A DNA stretch of 64,000 nt, taken from contig OZ245056.1 in the NCBI GenBank assembly GCA_965224705.1, positions 1,216,001 through 1,280,000 on the forward strand, given 5' to 3'. Origin of the DNA: Spirochaetaceae bacterium (GTDB lineage Bacteria; Spirochaetota; Spirochaetia; DSM-2461). A program made the translations under genes and the position numbers. Positions 60,128 to 64,000 of this stretch are shown here, piece by piece. Numbering within the stretch: position 1 is the first letter of the stretch; each line of letters opens with the position of its first letter. The notes under the pieces were generated by a model that worked only from the letters and a program-made list of their open reading frames with translations, had not been told where the DNA came from and searched no databases.

Positions 60128-63100
60128 ATGACGGTTCAAAGAATTCTCGCTGCTCTTCTGGGAATATCCATTCTAATCGGATGTCCATCGCCAAATACTG
60201 AGCTAACCGATGCAGAGTTGGTGGCGGTAGCCAAGGCGGATCTGGCTATCACGTATGGGGGAAGTGATAACGCAGCCAGCGTAACTCAGGATGTAACCCT
60301 CCCAACCACCGTGGCCACCGCTTCCGGCGTAAGCATTTCATGGAGCAGTGACAACACGGCCATTGATGCCGCAACGGGAAAGGTTACACGCCCAAGCGCC
60401 TCTTCCGGTGATGCCTCAGTCACCCTGACAGCAACCATTGAAAAAGGAAGTGAATCTGACACAAAGACCTTCTCCCTTAAGGTTGAGGCAGCACCCACAG
60501 ACGCAGAGTTGGTGGCAACAGCCAAAGATGATCTGGCTGTCATTTATGGGGGAAGTGATGACGCGGCCAGCGTAACTCAGGACATAACCCTCCCAACCAC
60601 CGTGGCCTCCGCTCCCGGCGTAAGCATTTCATGGAGCAGTGACAACACGGCCATTGATGCCGCAACAGGAGTGGTTACCCGCCCGGCCAGCGGCGCTGGC
60701 AATGTTATAGTGGGACTGACAGCAGCCATTAAGAAAGGAAGCGAATCTGACTCAAAGACCTTCCCTCTCATGGTCCTAAAAGAAGGGGGAGTTCCTCCCA
60801 CAGATACAGAGTTGGTGGTGACAGCCAAGACTGATCTGGCTATCACGTATGGGGGAAGTGATAACGCAGCTAGCGTAACTCAAGATATGACCTTGCCAAC
60901 CACTGTGGCCACCGCTCCCGGTGTAAGCATTTCATGGAGCAGTAACAACCCGGCCATTGATGCCGGAACGGGAGCGGTTACCCGCCCAAGCGCCTCTTCC
61001 AATGATGCCTCGGTGACTTTGACAGCGACTATCACTAAGGGGTCCGCCACCGACACAAAGACCTTCGACCTCACCGTGCTCAAAGTAGTACCAACAGACA
61101 TCGGAACACTTGGCAGCTTCACCATTGATGTGGGTGACGCAACAGTAGAGGCAAACACTGCTGGTTCTCACAGCGTAACGGTAAATGGAAATCTCAATCC
61201 GGGAAGCGACTATACCCTGACCATAACGAGTCCTCTTACCATCACGAATACAGGAGCTATCACCATACCTAATACCTACACTTCAACAGGTACACATCAG
61301 ATAACCGTAACAGCTACCGGCCGCGGCAACTACACCGGCACGAAAACGGCAACCTTCACTTTTACGGTGGTTCTTTCAGATGCCGATGCGGTGGCTGCAG
61401 CCAAAACAGCCCTGGATATCACGGATATTACCTTTGCCTCAGGGGAAGACAAAGATAGTGTAAAGCAGGACCTAACCCTGCCGACCTCTGGCGAGGAAGC
61501 TACAACTATTGCATGGAGCAGTGACAACACGGCTATTGATGCCGCAACAGGAACGGTTACCCGCCCAAGTGCCTCTTCCAGCAGTGATGCTTCAGTGACC
61601 CTGACAGCAACTATCACCAAGGGAGCCGCCACCGCCACAAAGACCTTCGTCCTCTCCGTGATCAAAGAAGTACCAATAGACATCAGTACACTCGGCAGCT
61701 TCACCATTTCCGTTGCTAACACAACAGCAGAGACAAACACCGAGGGCTCTCACAGCGCGGCGGTAAATGGCGGTCTCACTGCGGGAAACGACTACACTCT
61801 TTCCATAACGGATCCCCTTACCATAACGAATGCAGGAGCTATCACCATACCTAATACCTACACTTCAACAGGTACACATCAGATAACCGTAACAGCTACC
61901 GGCCGCGGCAACTACACCGGCACGAAAACGGCAACCTTCACTTTTACGGTGGTTCTTTCAGATGCCGATGCGGTGGCCACAGCCAAAACAGCCCTGGATA
62001 TCACGGATATTACCTTTGCCTCAGGGGAAGACAAAGATAGTGTAAAGCAGGACCTAACCCTGCCGACCTCTGGCGATGAAGGGACAGCCATTTCATGGAG
62101 CAGTGACAACACGGCCATTGATGCCGCAACGGGAGCGGTTACCCGCCCAGACGCCTCTTCCAGTGATGCCTCGGTGACCCTGACAGCGACTATCACCAAG
62201 GGAGTTGCCACTGCCACAAAGACCTTCGTCCTCACCGTGCTCAAGGAGGAACCAATAGACATTGGAACACTCAGCAGCTTCAGCATTGATGTGGATGACA
62301 CAACAGCAAAGACAAACACCGAGAGTTCTCACAGCGTGACGGTAAATGGCAGTCTCTCTGAGGGAACCGACTACGATCTTGACATAACGGATCCTCTTAC
62401 TATCACGAATGCTGGGGTTATCACCATACCTAATACCTACACTTCAACAGGTACACTTCAGATAACCGTAACGGCTACCGGCAAAGGCAACTACTCCGGC
62501 ACGAAAGCGGCAACCTTCACCCTGACGGTGGGTTATTCAGATGCAGAGTTGGTGGCGCAAGCCAAAACAGATTTGGCTATCACTTATGCAGTAAATGATA
62601 GTGCAAGTGCCGTAACTCAGGACCTAACCTTGCCAACCACTGGCACTGGAGGGACAACTATTGCATGGAGCAGCAACAACACGGCTGTTATTACCCATGC
62701 AGGAGCGGTTACCCGCCCAAGTGCCTCTTCTAGTGATGCCTTCGTTACCCTGACAGCAACCATTACAAGTGGAAACGTATCTGACACAAAGACCTTCACT
62801 CTCACCGTGAGCAAGGAGGAACCAATAGACATCGGAACACTCGGCAGCTTCACCATTACCGTTGCCAATAAAACGGTAGAGACAAATTCTGCTTCTACGG
62901 ACACTCACTCCGTAACGATAGGAGGCGGTCTCGCTACGGTAACCGACTACACTCTTGGCATAACGTCTCCTCTTGTCATCACGGATGCAGGTGCTATTAG
63001 CATACTCCCAAATTCCTACACCTCAGTAGGTACACATACGATAACCGTAACAGCTACCGGCCGCGGCAACTACACCGGCACGAAAACGGCAACCTCACCC

Positions 63101-64000
63101 TGACGGTAGTTCTTTCAGATGCCGATGCGGTGGCAGCAGCCAAAACAGCCCTGACTACCGCGGATATTACCTTTACCACAGGTGAAGATGCAAGTAAAGT
63201 AATTCAGGACATAACCTTGTCGGCCGCTGGCACTGACGGTACATCTATTACATGGGCCAGTAACAACGCGGCTATTGCCGTAGCAGGAACGGTTGGAACG
63301 GTTACCCGCCCAGACGCCTCTTCCGGTGATGCCACAGTGACCCTGACAGCGACTATCACCAAGGGATCCGCCACCGACACAAAGGCCTTCGTCCTCACCG
63401 TGCTCAAGGAGGAACCAATAGACATCGGAACACTCGGCAGCTTCACCATTTCCGTTGCTAACAAAACAGCAGAGACAAGCACCGAGGGCTCTCACAGCGT
63501 GACGGTAAATGGCGGTCTCAGTTCGGGAACCGACTACACCCTTTCCATAACGGATCCCCTTACTATCACGAATGCAGGGGTTATCACCATACCTAATACC
63601 TACACTTCAACAGGTACACATCAGATAACCGTAACGGCTACCGGCAAAGGCAACTACCTCGGCACAAAAACGGCAATCTTCACCCTTACGGTAGTTCTTT
63701 CAGATGCCGATGCGGTGGCTGCAGCCAAAGCAGCTCTGGATATAACCTACGGGGGAAGTGATAACGCAGGAAGCGTAACTCAGGACCTAACCTTGCCGAC
63801 CTCTGGCGATGAAGGGACAGCTATTTCATGGAGCAGCGACAACACGGCCATTGTTGCCGCAACGGGAGCGGTTTCCCGTCCAAGCGCCTCTTCCAGTGAC
63901 GCCGTGGTGACCCTGACAGCGACTATCACCAAGGGAACCGCCACCGACACAAAGACCTTCGTCCTCACCGTTGTTAAGCTGAAAACAGAAGCCGATATGT
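60128..64000 (+). CDS. Large surface lipoprotein with tandem Ig-like repeats (frameshift at ~63095; continues past the window)
   Basis: Lipoprotein leader ...SILIG-C; Thr-rich ~95-aa modules (VTQDVTLPT...ISWSS...VTRP...VTLTATI) alternating with a second module; after a missing T at ~63095 the repeat frame stays open to 64000. Confidence 0.85.

Noticed and set aside
59831..60139. N-terminal extension of the thioredoxin-fold ORF
   Set aside because: It crosses a MITE end and AT-rich intergenic DNA; the RBS-like GGAGG supports ATG 59830.

Overview
A 64-kb accessory region, probably from a spirochaete (inferred from Spirochaetales-type signal peptides such as 'GGFVFAGGQQE' and lipoprotein leaders). 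It is littered with eroded IS1380/IS5/IS630 remnants and a family of short inverted-repeat elements (MITEs). Main blocks: (1) a GTP-cyclohydrolase-II / RibD-dehydrogenase / PTPS-like / glycosyltransferase cluster (21.5-25.3 kb) whose usual partners, a CDP-alcohol phosphotransferase-FkbM fusion (not in the ORF track) and a SAM methyltransferase, sit at 0-2.3 kb; (2) a small defence/TA patch (AAA-PD-(D/E)XK, AAA_21+DUF4276, collapsed endonuclease, MazEF); (3) two convergent sugar uptake/catabolism operons; (4) an IS630-bracketed five-gene operon: PLD-SNF2 helicase, Eco57I-like adenine methylase with an AT-rich specificity region, HTH-ImmA/IrrE peptidase, DUF4411 PIN protein and a DprA/SLOG protein; (5) serpin, multicopper oxidase, MFS; (6) a ~1400-codon LRR-Roc-COR-TIR gene broken by two G6-tract frameshifts; (7) a dppABCDF operon flanked by Rpn C-terminal remnants and a collapsed duplicate; (8) a large Ig-like repeat lipoprotein running off the right edge. 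No rRNA, tRNA or CRISPR array seen. All family assignments come from motif recognition by eye; no database searches were run.
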